Assembly (NCBI GenBank): GCA_964199315.1
Contig: OZ116709.1
Coordinates: 7,750,001 to 7,814,000 of the forward strand
DNA: 64,000 bases
Direction of reading: 5' to 3'
Source of the DNA: Orbicella franksi
Taxonomy: Eukaryota
The notes below the pieces were generated by a model, which was given only the letters and a program-made list of their open reading frames with translations, ran no database searches and was not told where the DNA came from. Both the position numbers and the translations under genes were made by a program. Positions 9,834 to 23,000 of this stretch are shown here, one piece after another. How positions within the stretch are numbered: position 1 is the stretch's first letter; every line of letters begins with the position of its first letter.

Positions 9834-12800
9834 GTAAGCATAAAGCAATGTGTTTAATTATTGCATAGTTAGTGGAGGGGAATTAAATTTTTGCAAGCCA
9901 AGCAAAGAACGTGTCAGAACGTGCAAGGATTAACTATGATTATTGTAACCCGTGAAAATTTTCCAAAAAGGCTAGTGGCCCATTCCAAAGTTGTCAAAAG
10001 AACTTTGCGACCCATCCAACTCGAGGAGCAAGGTTCTAGTGTGTTCCGATAGAACAAGATTTTCGCACAGTCCCCGGCATACATTTATTATGCACGCAAG
10101 TTTGCGACTTCCGTGATGCTCGGTTTCACGTAAATTACGAAAACGAAATTCGAACTTCCAGTTTCGTTTTTCGTTTACCCGCGCCATCGGAAAAGGGAAT
10201 TCGAACTTTTATTTTCGTTTTTCGTTTTCCTAGTACATTGAAAGCGAAATTGGAACTTCTATTTTCGTTTTTCGTTTTCTCATGACCTCATTTCCGTTTT
10301 TCATCTTCTATTTCCGTAAGACATTGAAAAACGGAATTTTGAACTTCGATTTTCGTTTTTCGTTTTCGTGTTCTATTATATTATCTCAAGACAGTAGCAG
10401 CAGACGCTAGCGCTTTTTTGGGCTTAGATGTATTTTTTCCTACCTTACGATCCTCAAAATGGACGTCATAGCTAACTGTACGTGATGTCACTGACTGTAC
10501 ATACGGAGTTTTGATTTCAACAAATAGCATAAAAAAAAACTGTGCAGCTGTATTTATAGAAAACTGATATTTACGAATTTTTCAGCCCGTTACAAACCAC
10601 ATCGAGCGAGCTGACTGTTAATAAAAACTTTCTGTTCAATAGGACTACCACGATATCGATATCAGCAAGGAAATGAAATTATGCGTACACTATCACAAAT
10701 CACGGGATTAAATGGTTATTTAAGTCAAAAAGTTTCAGTACAAAGGCTTGTCATGATTGATTTGGAAAATATAGTCGAACCTCCGATATGGCACCTTCTA
10801 CTTCGATATCGACCGGTCAGTGTAAAACGCAGACTGCTGACTGGAGACCGGGGATAAAATGCATACTGAGGGTAAAATGTAGACTGCAGACTACAGACGT
10901 TTTAAGTATATATCGACGGTGTTATTTCCATTATCCATTTCTAACCGGAAACAGAGTTATTCAGGCTAATCGCAGTGAAAGTTTGCAATGCTCCGGTTAG
11001 CCTGAATATCACTCAGGTTAGCTTAAAGAACACTCCGGTTTGCCTGTCTCCGTTTAGCTCTCAATGATGGAAACGGTAACACGACTCAGTTAAAAAGTCT
11101 ACAGTCTGCATTTTACCCCTGGTCTGCAGTCTGCATTTTATCCCAGTCTGCAGTCTGCAGTCCGCAGTCCTCATTTTACACTAACTGGATATCGACTGTT
11201 CCATCTGCCACTGACCTTCTCTTCTTGATACCATGACAAGTGAAAAGCCTTTTCACACTCAGCAAACTACTGTGCAACCCCTTATATTCGGGTATCGGTT
11301 CTTGATTACCTCGAGAAGGTCTTCATAACTATTATTTTCCTCAGTAAGAGAACGGCGGACAAAGACTTCATCAAGGATGTGGTTTCCAGCTCTATTGTTA
11401 GCGAAAGGAAGTGCCAACATTCTTCCGATTCAGGTAACACAAGAAAGTGACAAAAACAAAGAAACGAAAAACGAAAATCGAGGTTCAAATTCCGATTTTC
11501 AATATCCTATAAAAACGAAAGACGAAAAAAGGAAATGAGAATTAGAATTCTATCGTCCAAAGTTGTGGGAAAAACGAAAATAAAAGTTGGAATTCCATTT
11601 TCAAAGTAGCAGGAAAACGGAAAACGAAAATGGAATCTCGGGGTACTTACCATTTACATGGGAAAACCGGAAATTCCAGTTGGAAAATCAAATGGTTCGC
11701 GCCATTCCGTTAGGGAAGCTTCAGAAAATATGGGCTGTGATTTGAGGCGATGCTATTTTTCTGCTCTTTTAAGTTTCTCTAACTGATGTGGATATACTTT
11801 ATAGCGATTCCTTCTCCCGCAACGTCGCACGCAATTGTTTAATCTTCATGCCTGAAATTTCCAACTGGATGGTTTTTGTAAATGGTAAGCACCCTCGAAT
11901 TCCTTTTTCCGATGGCGTGGGTAAACGAAAACGAAATTGGAAGTTCGAATTCCGTTTTCCCACATCGTAGAAAAACGGTTGCACTGAGATACACACATTA
12001 CAGTAGCCTATTAAGCAGACGCCAGTGCTCTTTCGGCTTGTATTATTGCCTCCCTTTACTATCACAAATCACGGAATGAAATGGCTATTTAGGTCCCAAT
12101 ATAAAGTCAAAAGGCTTGTCATGATCGATATCTTTCAAAAACGAAAGACGAAAAAAGGAAATGACAATTAGAATTCCGTTGTCCAAAGTTTTGGAAATAC
12201 GAAAAACGAAAATAGAACTTAGAATTCCATTTTCAATGTAGTAGGAAAACGGAAAACGAAAATGGAATCTCGAACTCCCTTTTACGATGGGGTGGTAAAC
12301 GAAAAACGAAACTGGAAGTCCGAATTCCGTTTTCCCACATCGTAGGAAAACAGTTGGCACTAAGGTACACGCATTCTCTTACCGGAATTTCGTGCCGCGA
12401 TCGAGGTGAGCCTAGGCCTGTCATTGCAGTTGCTAAGACAATCTACCTTATTGGTAATTAATTTCGCGGGTCTTTAATTTCGCAATTTTCGCAATTTTAA
12501 ATAAATCGCGAAATTAAAGACCCGCGAATAAAAATCCTCACCAAATTTAGACACACGAAATCTAACACCCATATAGAAAATTCAAATCACAGGTGAATAA
12601 AAAAAGATTAACATGTAATAACAACAACACTGAGTACAATGTGTATCACGGCCAAGTTTCAAATAGCTAAATTTATGTACTATTATCATAACAACCTGTT
12701 GCCTCCATTGTTTTTCAACTTGTTTTTTACAAACAGTCAAATTCATGGCTATAGCACCAGAACAGCCAATAATTATCGCGTGCATCATTGCCGGACTAAT

Positions 12801-15800
12801 CTAAAAAAATTCACAATTCTTTACAAAGGTCCAAAGATCTGGAATTCCCTTCCTGTTACAATCCCTTCATTGTCAAGTTTTCCCAATTTTAAGAAAAAAC
12901 TGTCAGAGTTTTTAGTAAAATAACTACTGAACTGGCAAAGCCGCACACTGTTGCACTATTTATGTAACTGTATTGTTACATACGAGGTGGCCTCAACTAA
13001 AAGCCTGATGGTTTCTAGAGGTCACCTCGCCTCACATTAAAATATTTATAAATACTGTACATTAAGTAAAAAGGCAATAAACAGAATGAATGAATGAATG
13101 AAAAAAAAGTTGTAAAAAGTTAATTTTCAAATATGCCTTTTGCTTGATCTAGTTTAATTTAAATGGTAATTTATAAAAATGCGTTTTGCTTGTTCCAGTT
13201 TATCTAGGAATTTTAAAATGTTCAGACTTTTGAAAAATGAAATGAAGTTGAGAACGCTTGAATCGCGTTTTCATATCAAGTAAGTAAGAACTATTTGCCT
13301 ATTGAAATCGCGAAAATACATTTCCGCCCCCCCCCCCCTCCCCCGAAATACTGTCTCGCCAAATTCGAAATTAAGTACCACAAAGGTATATTCACATATT
13401 CTATTTCCTACAATCTATATTTTTTAGGGACAAAAAAATAAATACTGGCTTTACTCGTGGTTGACTCGAGGTTGACTCGTGACTCATGTTTGACTTGGGC
13501 CCGCAGTTAGCTCTTGTAACGCTACAGCTTTTGCGAAATACATGATGTTCCTTTTGTAATGTATGCGTTTCGGTTCCCGCCTTCAATAAATATATGCGCC
13601 TCGTTTTGGTGTGTGTTTTTACGGGACCGCCATTTTGAATGTTTAGTTCTTGACTCACGCTACAGAATAGATAAAAGAGGCCATACTAAATTGAAAGAAC
13701 ACTTTACACCTTTGTTTAAGCTGCAAAGTCATTTGTACGAGCCAACTTACCAGGACATGCATGGGCACAGCTGCTTTGTAAAAAGCCATAATTCCAGATA
13801 ACACATGGGAGATCAAACGTAGCCTAGCTTGGTGCATACTTTGGCTGCAGTGGTTTTTGAACTTGCTTCCTTTATAGCAAATACTATACACCAAGCGATA
13901 ATTCTGTAGGCTGAAGATGCAACTTTTACAACTTTCATTCTAGCTAAATATAAACTAAAATCAATCGAAGCACTTTACTAATGGCCTGGCAATGTTTTTT
14001 TTTTCCTGACTTTTTTATAAACAGAATAAAAATCTAATATATATGCAAAACATTAAATCCTTAAGTACAATTCCGGGAAATAGACGATGCACTTTTGTGA
14101 ATTTTCTCTCGTTCCAGATCACCTGAGGAGGCATTTAGGTTTGAAAAATGGTCAAAGTCATATGTTAGGTAAGGTTAGGTAAGATAACTTTATTTTAAGT
14201 CGTGAGCGTAGGGAGTGGTTGCCCAATCTCCCACTCATGACAAAAATGCACTACTATTTGCAATAACATTACTACTTACAATTACTATATTCGATGAGAT
14301 AAATTCAGAATTAAAATATTCCTAAGAGCAATTGGTCCTAAAATTAAGAATTTGAGTTAGAAAATACAGTTCATGCACTGGCACCCTGCAAACTCCACAC
14401 TATTCAAACGAGAACGAAATTGTGCCAGTGGTTGAGGATTTGGTGAGTGAATAGAAAGCTTTTTGTACAAGTTGTTTTTGCTCTTTTCTTTTTCTTTTCT
14501 TTCCACAATCCCACGGGAACGAGGCAGGAAGGTGGACAGAGAGGGACAAGGGGCGGGGCGTGGGGGGGGGGGATTTTAGTACCCTGCAGTATAGTACATT
14601 ACACAACACGTAACACACATTACACACACGACACAGCCAAAAGCGCTAAAGCGAGCTGGCTAACTGTGTGCTTGACTTCCATTATTTTTATTTGAAAAAG
14701 TTGACTTCACTGATAGCTCTGCTGTTAATGAGTTCATTACCAACGAACTCCAACTTGACGAGGCCAACAGGAATGCAATTTCCCAGGTTGTAGACCAACT
14801 GCACAAATACCTCCAACATAATCTGCCATCTCTCAGCATAAACTGCCTTGTTAAGGTAAGAGTCACCACCTTGTGTATTGAATGTTAATTTAAGGAAACT
14901 TTCATAAATTAGTGCACCACGAGGGGAGGGTATTAAAATTGGAATTTCAAAGTTTAGTTTCAAACAAGTGAAAGTACCAAAACTATGTGACCCCACCCCC
15001 TCCCGCCCCATTTTCTGTTCTATGCTGTGCAAGGCAAATTTTATCGAATGAATCCATGACTGCAGTTCTCTAAAATTGTACTACTTTAAAATGACCAAAA
15101 AGCTAATGCAGTATTAATGTCTCAGCTTAAGACAAAAAGTTTCACCTGGTTAAGTGCTGCGTTTAGCTTACTTGCCGATGCAAATCACCACTAGTGAGTT
15201 TTTCTAAAATCCCATCTCTGCTATAGTGCCATAGTAACCAGGGGAATGTCAGGTAGCATTTCACTTCGATAAGAAGTACTTAAGTCTTCAAAATATGTCG
15301 TGCTTAATTTGAAGTACATTAATAAAATTAATACAAGAAAATAGACAAAGTCATGTTTACTCTAACTTCTTACTTCATTTCGATGGAACTGTTCCAAACA
15401 CGATAAGAACAACAATCTCAAAAATATGTATGTCAGAAAGCAAATGAAAATCAAATTGCACAATATAAAATTGGTTTGGTTAGGGGACAATTAAATTTTG
15501 CAAATTAAATATTTTTCAGGGACAAACTCAGTCGACAGACACATAAGGGTTAGTCTCTATATCCTGAGTTTTTACCACAAAATTTTGAGAAACTATGCTC
15601 TCAGAAATGCATTTTTCTGCATTGTGGAAGCATAATTTTCCAGGTGTTTTGCTTATTTGGACTTTCTGTGTTCGTATAATGTAGTGTCAAGTCAAATCCC
15701 CAACAGGATAGAGAAAACTTATTAACTCATACATTTCTTCGGGGAGGCAGCGTGGCCAAGTGGTTAGGGTGCCGGATTTGCATGCATTGGCCCTGGGTTT

Positions 15801-17867
15801 AAATCCTGCTTTGGCATCGATTCAGCCCTTTTTTTTTTGTTTTTTTTTTCAAGATGTGCTGTTTTGTTAGTAAATATCACTTGTACTTTCAACACAATTC
15901 AGGGAGGCTCTGTCGGGAAGGGAACAGCTGTCAAGGAAAAAGCAGACATCGACTGTGTCGTTTTCCTCAACAATATGAAAACCATGGAAGAGCACAAACT
16001 TAAGTTGCAGGAAACAAAGAACCGCCTGGAGTTATGCCTTAAACAGAGTCCCTATAAAGACCAAATCACCTTTGATGGACAGACACCCTTCGCCGTGAAA
16101 TTCAAATTTCGCCTGGATTTGTCTCGAGAATTTAACATTGACTTGCTGCCGACATTTACAACTGATCAGAGTCGAGGTAAAATAGGATTTTAATCTTTCT
16201 TTAACCCAACCTCAATACGAGTCCATTGTTTGTCAGTCATGTAGAGACAGTCCCCTTTTGGCCAGCCTCCTTGCAGCTTGTTGCAGATCATGGTCTCTTG
16301 CCATAATGAAGTCTATTTGTTTGCAATTTCATTGCTTCGGGGAATACATAAACTTTTGAACCATGTGAGTTAGCTGTGTGTGTGTCCAAGTTGAATCAGA
16401 CCATTAGTTAATTAGAATGTGTATTTTTTTGCCCTTGTAGAACAACTGTACGAAGAAATGATTCGTTGTACAACGGAAGACAAGCGTTATTACTCAGCAC
16501 ATTTCGTGAGCTTACAAAGGGAGTTTGTCAAGGATCAACCGTCGAGCGTGAAAAACTTAATCCGCCTTGTAAAGTACTGGCGCAAAACCTGCATTGAAGA
16601 CAAAAGCAGTGGTAAAACTAGACTGCCATCTTCGTATCCACTGGAGCTCATTACCATAGCCTGTTGGGAGAAGGCTGGAAAACTATCATTTGACATTCGG
16701 GCCGGTTTTAAAGCTGTTCTTCAACAGTTGGTCGATAATTGCCACATACACGTCATTTGGCATAAATACTACAGTGAGGCTCTCGCGAAGAGAGGAATCA
16801 TGGGGATGACGATAAGGTTCGTTTTTGTTCCTGTACAGGGAAAATTTGCTATAACAAAAAGGTGAAAATGTCACTCAACATTAACGAGTTGTTTTAAGAC
16901 TGGTTCCTCTTACGGGTGAAAATCGATTTTGGGCCACACCCACAAAACTAATTTTAGGGGTTGTTTTCAAAATTTCCGACAATCACTTTCTCACTTTATT
17001 ATGGGAGGCCAACCCCGGGAAGCAAGACAGCCTAAACGACATTCAGATAAATCAAAGGAAAAAGGGTCAGCTGATAGCCACAATATGCGTGCTAAGGCAA
17101 CAAAGGTACAACAGCACTTAGAGTTCTTCTACTGCTGTTCTATCTTGTGGCTATCAGCTGATATGACCCTTTTTCCTTTGATTTTAGAAATTAAGCCACA
17201 CTCCCACATTTATACTATTCTTTGACAATCAGATAGTTACGATAGACACCCACAGAGAGATAGTAAGTGAGACAAAGGATGGCGGAGCGAAAGCCAAGTA
17301 GTCAGAAAAATATGCAATCAGCCACCCAGTCAGAAAAACAGACAGACAGAAAGGCTTACAGACAGGCAGACAGAGACAATCAGGTAAATAGGAAAACAAT
17401 CAGAAAGTAGATAGTCAGTCAGTCAATCAGTTAAAAATACAGCACTTGAGAGTCTGAGAGACAGCGACTGACAAATTTCATTTAACCCAAAGGTAGACAG
17501 CTGGGGGTAGACACACAGACAGCCACACATGCAGACAGTATCATCAGACATAAGACATACCAAGGAGAACGTTAAGCAGAAACAAATTATGTGAAATTGC
17601 TTAAGAAACACGGTCTTAGTAATCAGAAATAATCTTGGTAATATGAATAATGTCAGTGTCGCTTACGGCATGATACTGGACTGAAATACTGTACGCCTTC
17701 TTCCACGCAGCCCACCATTTGTTCTGGACCCTGCCAACCCAACCAACAACGTATGCAGTGCTAGCGATGCCGAGGGATGGAAAACCGTGGCAGATGTGGC
17801 TAAAATGACACTTCAGAGGCAGCCACTGAAGGGCATCAACTTCAATAGAAACTGGCAAATAATATAG
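9533..17867 (+). CDS. OAS: Zinc-finger-fused 2'-5' oligoadenylate synthetase A, about 420 aa; exons 9533-9833, 14701-14855, 15903-16176, 16441-16816, 17711-17867
   Basis: All GT-AG junctions are phase-compatible (1,0,1,2), total 1263 nt. OAS motifs VK/GGSVGKGT, DIDCVVF, FNIDLLP, LIRLVKYW, LPSSYPLELITIACWE, PFVLDPANPTNNV. The exon-2 acceptor (AAG) is weak. Confidence 0.85.
10814..11187. mobile_element. Mutator-like MITE with 9-bp TSD
   Basis: TIRs cggtcagtgtaaaa / ttttacactaactg, TSD gatatcgac at 10805-10813 and 11188-11196, subterminal gcagact repeats. Confidence 0.75.
11641..11894. mobile_element. MITE with 3-bp TSD (Harbinger-like)
   Basis: TIRs gggtacttaccattt / aaatggtaagcaccc, TSD tcg. 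An empty equivalent site occurs near 12268. Confidence 0.7.
12632..13105 (+). mobile_element. 3' fragment of a LINE (CR1/L2-like)
   Basis: ORF2 C-terminus IHGYSTR, YKGPKIWNSLP, FKKKL, then AATAAA and a (GAAT)4 tail. Confidence 0.75.
15742..15815 (+). mobile_element. tRNA-derived SINE head (orthologous relic at 32974-33040)
   Basis: A box TGGCCAAGTGG and degenerate B box GGTTTAAATCC, no complete cloverleaf. Confidence 0.55.
17230..17560. repeat. Degenerate (CAGA)n-rich tract in OAS last intron (paralog about 36720-36910)
   Basis: Runs of cagacagacaga / gtcagtca in both units. Confidence 0.6.
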
Positions 17868-17966
17868 GTCTCGTCTACTAACTATGGTTTTCACTGTTTT
17901 GTATTTTTGTTTTTAAATCACTATCAATATGGTGTTTTTTCCATTGTTAAATTAACGTGCTGTTGA

Positions 17967-18332
17967 CCCCCGGGAGAGGGATACTCCCTATTATGGGCTA
18001 GATATGTATGCGCGGCCCCAGTATGGTTTTTCAAACGTTTTGGTCATGATTATAAATAGGGTATGTTTTTAGCACTCTAGCCTTGAGTGGGGTATGTTTC
18101 TTAGAAGAAGTTACGTTTTCATCATCATCAATAAGACCATCAACAAAAGTCCTTTATAACGTATGTTTAGGGCAACTGTGCCAGAAGCAACGGTTATAAA
18201 TATGGTATCAAATTTTTGGCCAGGTCATAAATCGGGTAGCAAAAATCGCAAATTTTGGTCATAAATAGGGTAAGGGTTTTGGGAAGTGGACCGTACACCC
18301 CCACTCAACTTTTCTAGTAGTACCCCCCTCGG
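17967..18332. mobile_element. MITE with CCCGGG termini; truncated in unit B (about 38290-38370)
   Basis: cccccggg ... gtacccccctcggg. Unit B is deleted between aatagg microhomologies. Confidence 0.5.
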
Positions 18333-20056
18333 GCTATTAACATGGCGCTCTAAGTAGGCGCTACTGAAAAGCTAATATTTCCTCGGCATATACTCCCCCA
18401 GACATAAACATGCTTTTGCCATGCAAAACTGAACATGGCAATAGGATATTAAAAGCAAGCTAATACTCGACCGTCATCACACATACAGCAGAATTGCTTT
18501 AGGTGATAAATCACGGGTGATGATAAAAACACTGACCCCTTGTCAATGGACTACCCCGATGGACTACCTAAATGGACTTCCTTAAACAGAACTTAACCTT
18601 GGAGTCTTTTGTTTTTTTGCTAGCTACAGCTATAACCGGCGCAATTTAATCAATTTTTTTTTGAAAATTCAAAGTTCTTTCTTCGAAAAATGGCTCGAAG
18701 TCATGCTACATCCCTCAATATCAGTGTTTGACCGCCGGTCCAAGATTTACGATCAATGTGAATTGTTTTGAAGATCACTTGACCACTTAATCTTGACTTA
18801 AGCACAATAAAATAAACGGTATCATTGAAAGCTCTGTGTGCTTTGCTAATTTTTAAGCTTCCTCCTCCTATTCAGGAGCAATTAACTGAACAATATATTT
18901 TTTTTCGGGGGGGGGGGGGGGGGGGCGAGAATCCAAGAGAGAGGAAGCGGAATGTCTCGTATTACACGTAGAAGTATCCAGCTATTGAAATGAGCTATGC
19001 TGCTCTAGTAATCTTTCAGTCAGTACATACATAACACTTCAATTGGCTGAAACACCGGCAGATAACATGTATTTGCCAGTCAAATAAGCGGACACTTGTT
19101 ACATTTCACGGTAGCCTGGTTAGTGTAGTGCTATCGTACAGGATGAGAACCAGTAAATAATGATTTGTGTGAACTTACCCAAATGGTTGTTTAAAACACT
19201 GCTCAACACTGACAGAATTTCCTTCACTTCTGCCTTATAATCCCAGTTCTCTGGCCTTGTTTTCCCTATACCTCCTATACGATTGTCGAACTTCTCTACA
19301 ACCATAATTCGGGCAGTAAACGAGGTTTCAGTTTGCGAATTTCGTAAATCCTGGGCTCTATCGGAAATGAATGCTTCGAGTATCCTAAAATAAAAAACCT
19401 TTGTTTTCCTTTGGTGTCAAAATTCAGAAACAAGCGCACGCTTTAGAGCATCGGTAGCTTTTCGCGGGTGAGACTGAACGAAACGAAGGATATTTCTGTC
19501 AAGTATTCCTAGCAGGTTGGCCTTCAATATTGGATCCATAGCAGGCGGTTATCGCACAGCCTAGTCAACAGTAACTGTGATCTTTGTTTATTTTGTGTTT
19601 GTAGCTGGCTTGAAGGATTGTTCATTACTTCTGTTGACTTTTGAATTCGAATTCAACTGTTTTTGTACATAAAAAGTGCCAGACCCAATATTCCCGATAT
19701 AAAATGATAAGTGTTTTGCGGATTTCGACATTTCAGAAGTGACTTTGCCACTTTCATTACAGCGTTTAGACAATTCGTGTTTGCTATAAGCCAGAAGGTT
19801 TGGACTCTAATATTAATAAGACAACGGTAGCCACATTCGTTGAGTATAGGGACCTCCCTGGAGGAAAACGTTTGGCTACTGAGTTGTATCCCTGGGATGA
19901 AAAGCTGATAAGTTTTTACTTTTCAAAATTTGCCTTTTGCTGCCCTTTCCCCTAGATAGAGAATCACTCATTTCTGTGATGTTTTTACTCATGAATGCAG
20001 GGTTTTTCTGTTATAGTAGTTGTTTGCGAGGCAGTTTGCAATGCCGGCCAAAGAAT

Positions 20057-23000
20057 TTACAACGTATTACCGGAAGGTTCACTACCATCAGTAAGAACTG
20101 TACCCCCGGGATTGACACTAGCGACTGGCTTTTCAGCCTCCGTGGTCAGCGCAATAGCGCTGGGGTGCCCTGGTACAGTGGCGTTTGGCTCCTGTGAGAT
20201 AGCACCCTCAAGGGGGGCTGGGTTTAATTCTTTTTCAGCAGGTGTTATGTTTTTACTTTCAAGAGTCACTATATTCGAGTCGGAAGCCACTTCCTCCGAC
20301 ATCGGAACCTCCGACGAAGACAACACTTCGGCTACCATCGGAACGTCTTCGATGGGAGTCGGTGTTTCATCCGTGGATTCTCCTTTAGAAAGCGAATCTG
20401 CGATTAAATCTCGGGGAATGGCGCCATGTGATTTCGTTGGCGCTTCGTTTGCTGGTGTTATCGAAGTATCATTTTCCCTGTTTTTAAGTATTGGAGGTGA
20501 TAAGGTTTGTTCTAATGCCGACGGAACAGCTTCAGTGTCGGAGCCCGAAGTTATATCGGCGCCTGTGTCGGTTCCCGATGATCCTTTCGGCTGATGCGAA
20601 ACTGAGGTGTTGGATGAAGAGGTCTAGTAATAAAGAGAAATGTTAAAGTTAGTGGATACTCAGTGAGATGATCGAGTATTCCATTCTAACATTGAAGAAG
20701 ATAGGCGGGTTAGTTGCCTCAGAATTATTTCGGATTCCCTCAACAAATCACCAGTGCGCATTTCATACACCTATACTGGACAAGATTCATTGTAAGTAAC
20801 ATATACAAAAAATTTATTTCTTGTAACTTACAATCTAAGGATTTTACTGCATACAGTGGGCAATCATTATGAAGGCTTTGCTCGTGTGTGGCTTAAGCAT
20901 TCTCAGTCCAACTTCTTTTCTATGCGGTGTTAGCTAACACTTTAGACCAAGTCTGCTTGTTTTACGTCCCTGTTTTAGAGAACTCCATTTCAAAATCGGA
21001 ATGACCCTGATAAAAACATTTTGATGGATAACCTTCTATTGTGGGGTAGTGACCCATTAATGCCTTGTGATTGGCCAGACGTAACTGCATTCTTTAGACA
21101 AAAAGGTGCTGACGCCTTCCCTCAACAAACTACAGTTTGTCAGCACTGTATCAATTCAATTGAGCTTGTAATTCTATTTGCCGTCTTAGTGTATAGCAGG
21201 GATTGTTTTGGGGCTCGGGGCATTGTACCTGTCGTTTGTTCTGATCTATTGTTCTCTTAAAGAGTATCGAGCCACTCATGTGAGACCTTACGAGAGCTGC
21301 TACCTGACCCCAGTTTGTACCCAGAATCTTCTTTATCTTCAATGTAAAGTAATATTTTAAAATAGCAATACGAGTACATTACCTGTGGTTTGACGTGTTG
21401 TTGGCAATATTTCAAAGTCTGATCCAGCAAAGAGGAAGGCGACTCTGGATTTTCCTGCACGAATTCAAGTGACTCCCCTGACGAGGACTACAATCAAGAA
21501 AGTAGGTATTCCAGGTGAGAACGATTCTGTTTTCCACAGGATTGAAGCGATTACAATCAAACTACTACTGCTATAAGATCAAAGTGGCTATGAGCCACTC
21601 AACTTGGAAAATGGACCGTCTATAAACATGGGCAATTTTGATTTCACTGCCCTGTTTTGTTATCCGTAGGTCATTTATATATCGAGCTTGTAACATAAAC
21701 AAGACGAGTCCGAAGGTTATTAACATTGTTGTTAACCAAAGTTTGGTTTATCAAAAATGCGAAAAGATTGTTACAATATTCTGGTTCTAGTTCAGAGTCA
21801 TAGTCATGACTCTCAGATTAAAGCAAGTGGACAGCTTATGTATCAAAGCTAAGTAGGCGTATAAACAAGCAATGACATAACATGATGTATCGAGCTAGAG
21901 AGGCGAAAAATAAAGTTGAAGCCCACTTGCATTATTAAGAAATAATGCAAAACGCAACAATAAGAGAATACATAAGGAGATGTGACACCGTTAAAACATT
22001 CATGAAGTCATCCTAGTCCGAGAAGTTGCAGTACGTTCGCTGTTGGCTTGACAGAATATCACCAACACCTATCAAACAGCGTTACACGAAGTGAAAGGAC
22101 TCACAAAGAAGTTCTTTACAGGGTCCTTTCCCTTTGCAAACACCCCTACGTTCAAAATGTCAACTCTCCCCATTGATTGTCATACATTTCCTTCAAAGTT
22201 AGTTGTGAGAATTTGGAGGTAAATCAAGAAGATATCCCTTAGTTGATGTCTGTGTACATTCCTGTTGAAAACGTCTCATGGTATTTCAGTGTGCGCATGA
22301 TTGATAAGTACCCGTTAAAGTTATTTTTCAAAACAAGAAACAACTCACTTTAGAAATCACTAACATCTCAAAGGCCTGCGTCAGCAAACTTTCAGTCACC
22401 TAAAAAAAACAGGTAAAAAACAAAAATTGGAACAACACCAGTCAACTTGCACAACCCGCCGAAAAAAGGTGAGCAGAAGCTTCAACGCCATCGATAAAAA
22501 AAGGACATTTTACACTTCTTTCTCTTTGTAATCACGAAAGTAAGCAAGAACTGAAGGCAAGATAAAATGACAATGATTTTTTTTACGTTGAAACATGGTG
22601 AATAGAGGAAAATGGTTAGGAAACCGGGCAAAGTTCTTTGTTGTATGTTTTTGTTTGCTATTTTGGGGGTTGATCCTGCACAAAACCTGGCAAAATACAA
22701 AAGATGGTTACGTGTGTGCATACAACTAACCAATAGATGCATTACGATTATGTAAATCATGCATAGTAAAAGCATAAAACAAAAGATGCGCAGGGTCAAG
22801 GACCGTCCAACATAAATCTTGGCCTGTTTGTTTGCTTCTTTGATATTTATCGGCCTTCCTAACCATTTCCCTCTATTAACTATGGTTGAAAGTTCTAGCA
22901 TACCTTAACATAAGGCTCATATTTTTGTCCAGTTTTCCAGCACTCGTACATGTCCACGACCAGCTGAGATAAAATAGAGGGTTCAACCTGCAAACACGAG

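Larger units (their letters stand above)
10133..12360. repeat. Nested MITE cluster with GAAAA(A)CGAAA-rich arms in OAS-A intron 1
   Basis: T-rich arm 10133-10370 and A-rich arms 11450-11970 and 12130-12360. Absent from OAS-B intron 1 beyond about 29830. Confidence 0.7.

Noticed and set aside
9533-9868. Stand-alone 111-aa (and 92-aa at 29341-29619) zinc-finger microprotein carried by a repeat
   Set aside because: Both ORFs contain a strong in-phase donor at the same position. The tails (GKHKAM...) are intron read-through, so they are better explained as OAS exon 1.
10133-12360. CRISPR-like or satellite array (also aaatcccagttccca repeats at 33489-33585)
   Set aside because: No regular repeat-spacer periodicity. 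These are transposon subterminal repeats.
15742-15815. tRNA genes (also 32974-33040 and about 61740-61810 on the minus strand)
   Set aside because: Only A/B-box remnants without acceptor stem or full cloverleaf. These are SINE heads.
15837-16865. Bacterial-type CBASS/CD-NTase defence operon or horizontal transfer
   Set aside because: The genes are spliced with canonical introns in a eukaryotic repeat landscape, the motifs are OAS-family, and there is no operon structure.
19995-20594. 199-aa plus-strand ORF (and 39856-40260)
   Set aside because: Antisense shadow of the CABIN1 low-complexity last exon. Splice signals support the minus strand.
22482-22901. 139-aa ORF repeated at 42415-42834
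   Set aside because: Lies in a CABIN1 intron and has no recognisable motif. Its conservation simply reflects the recent duplication.
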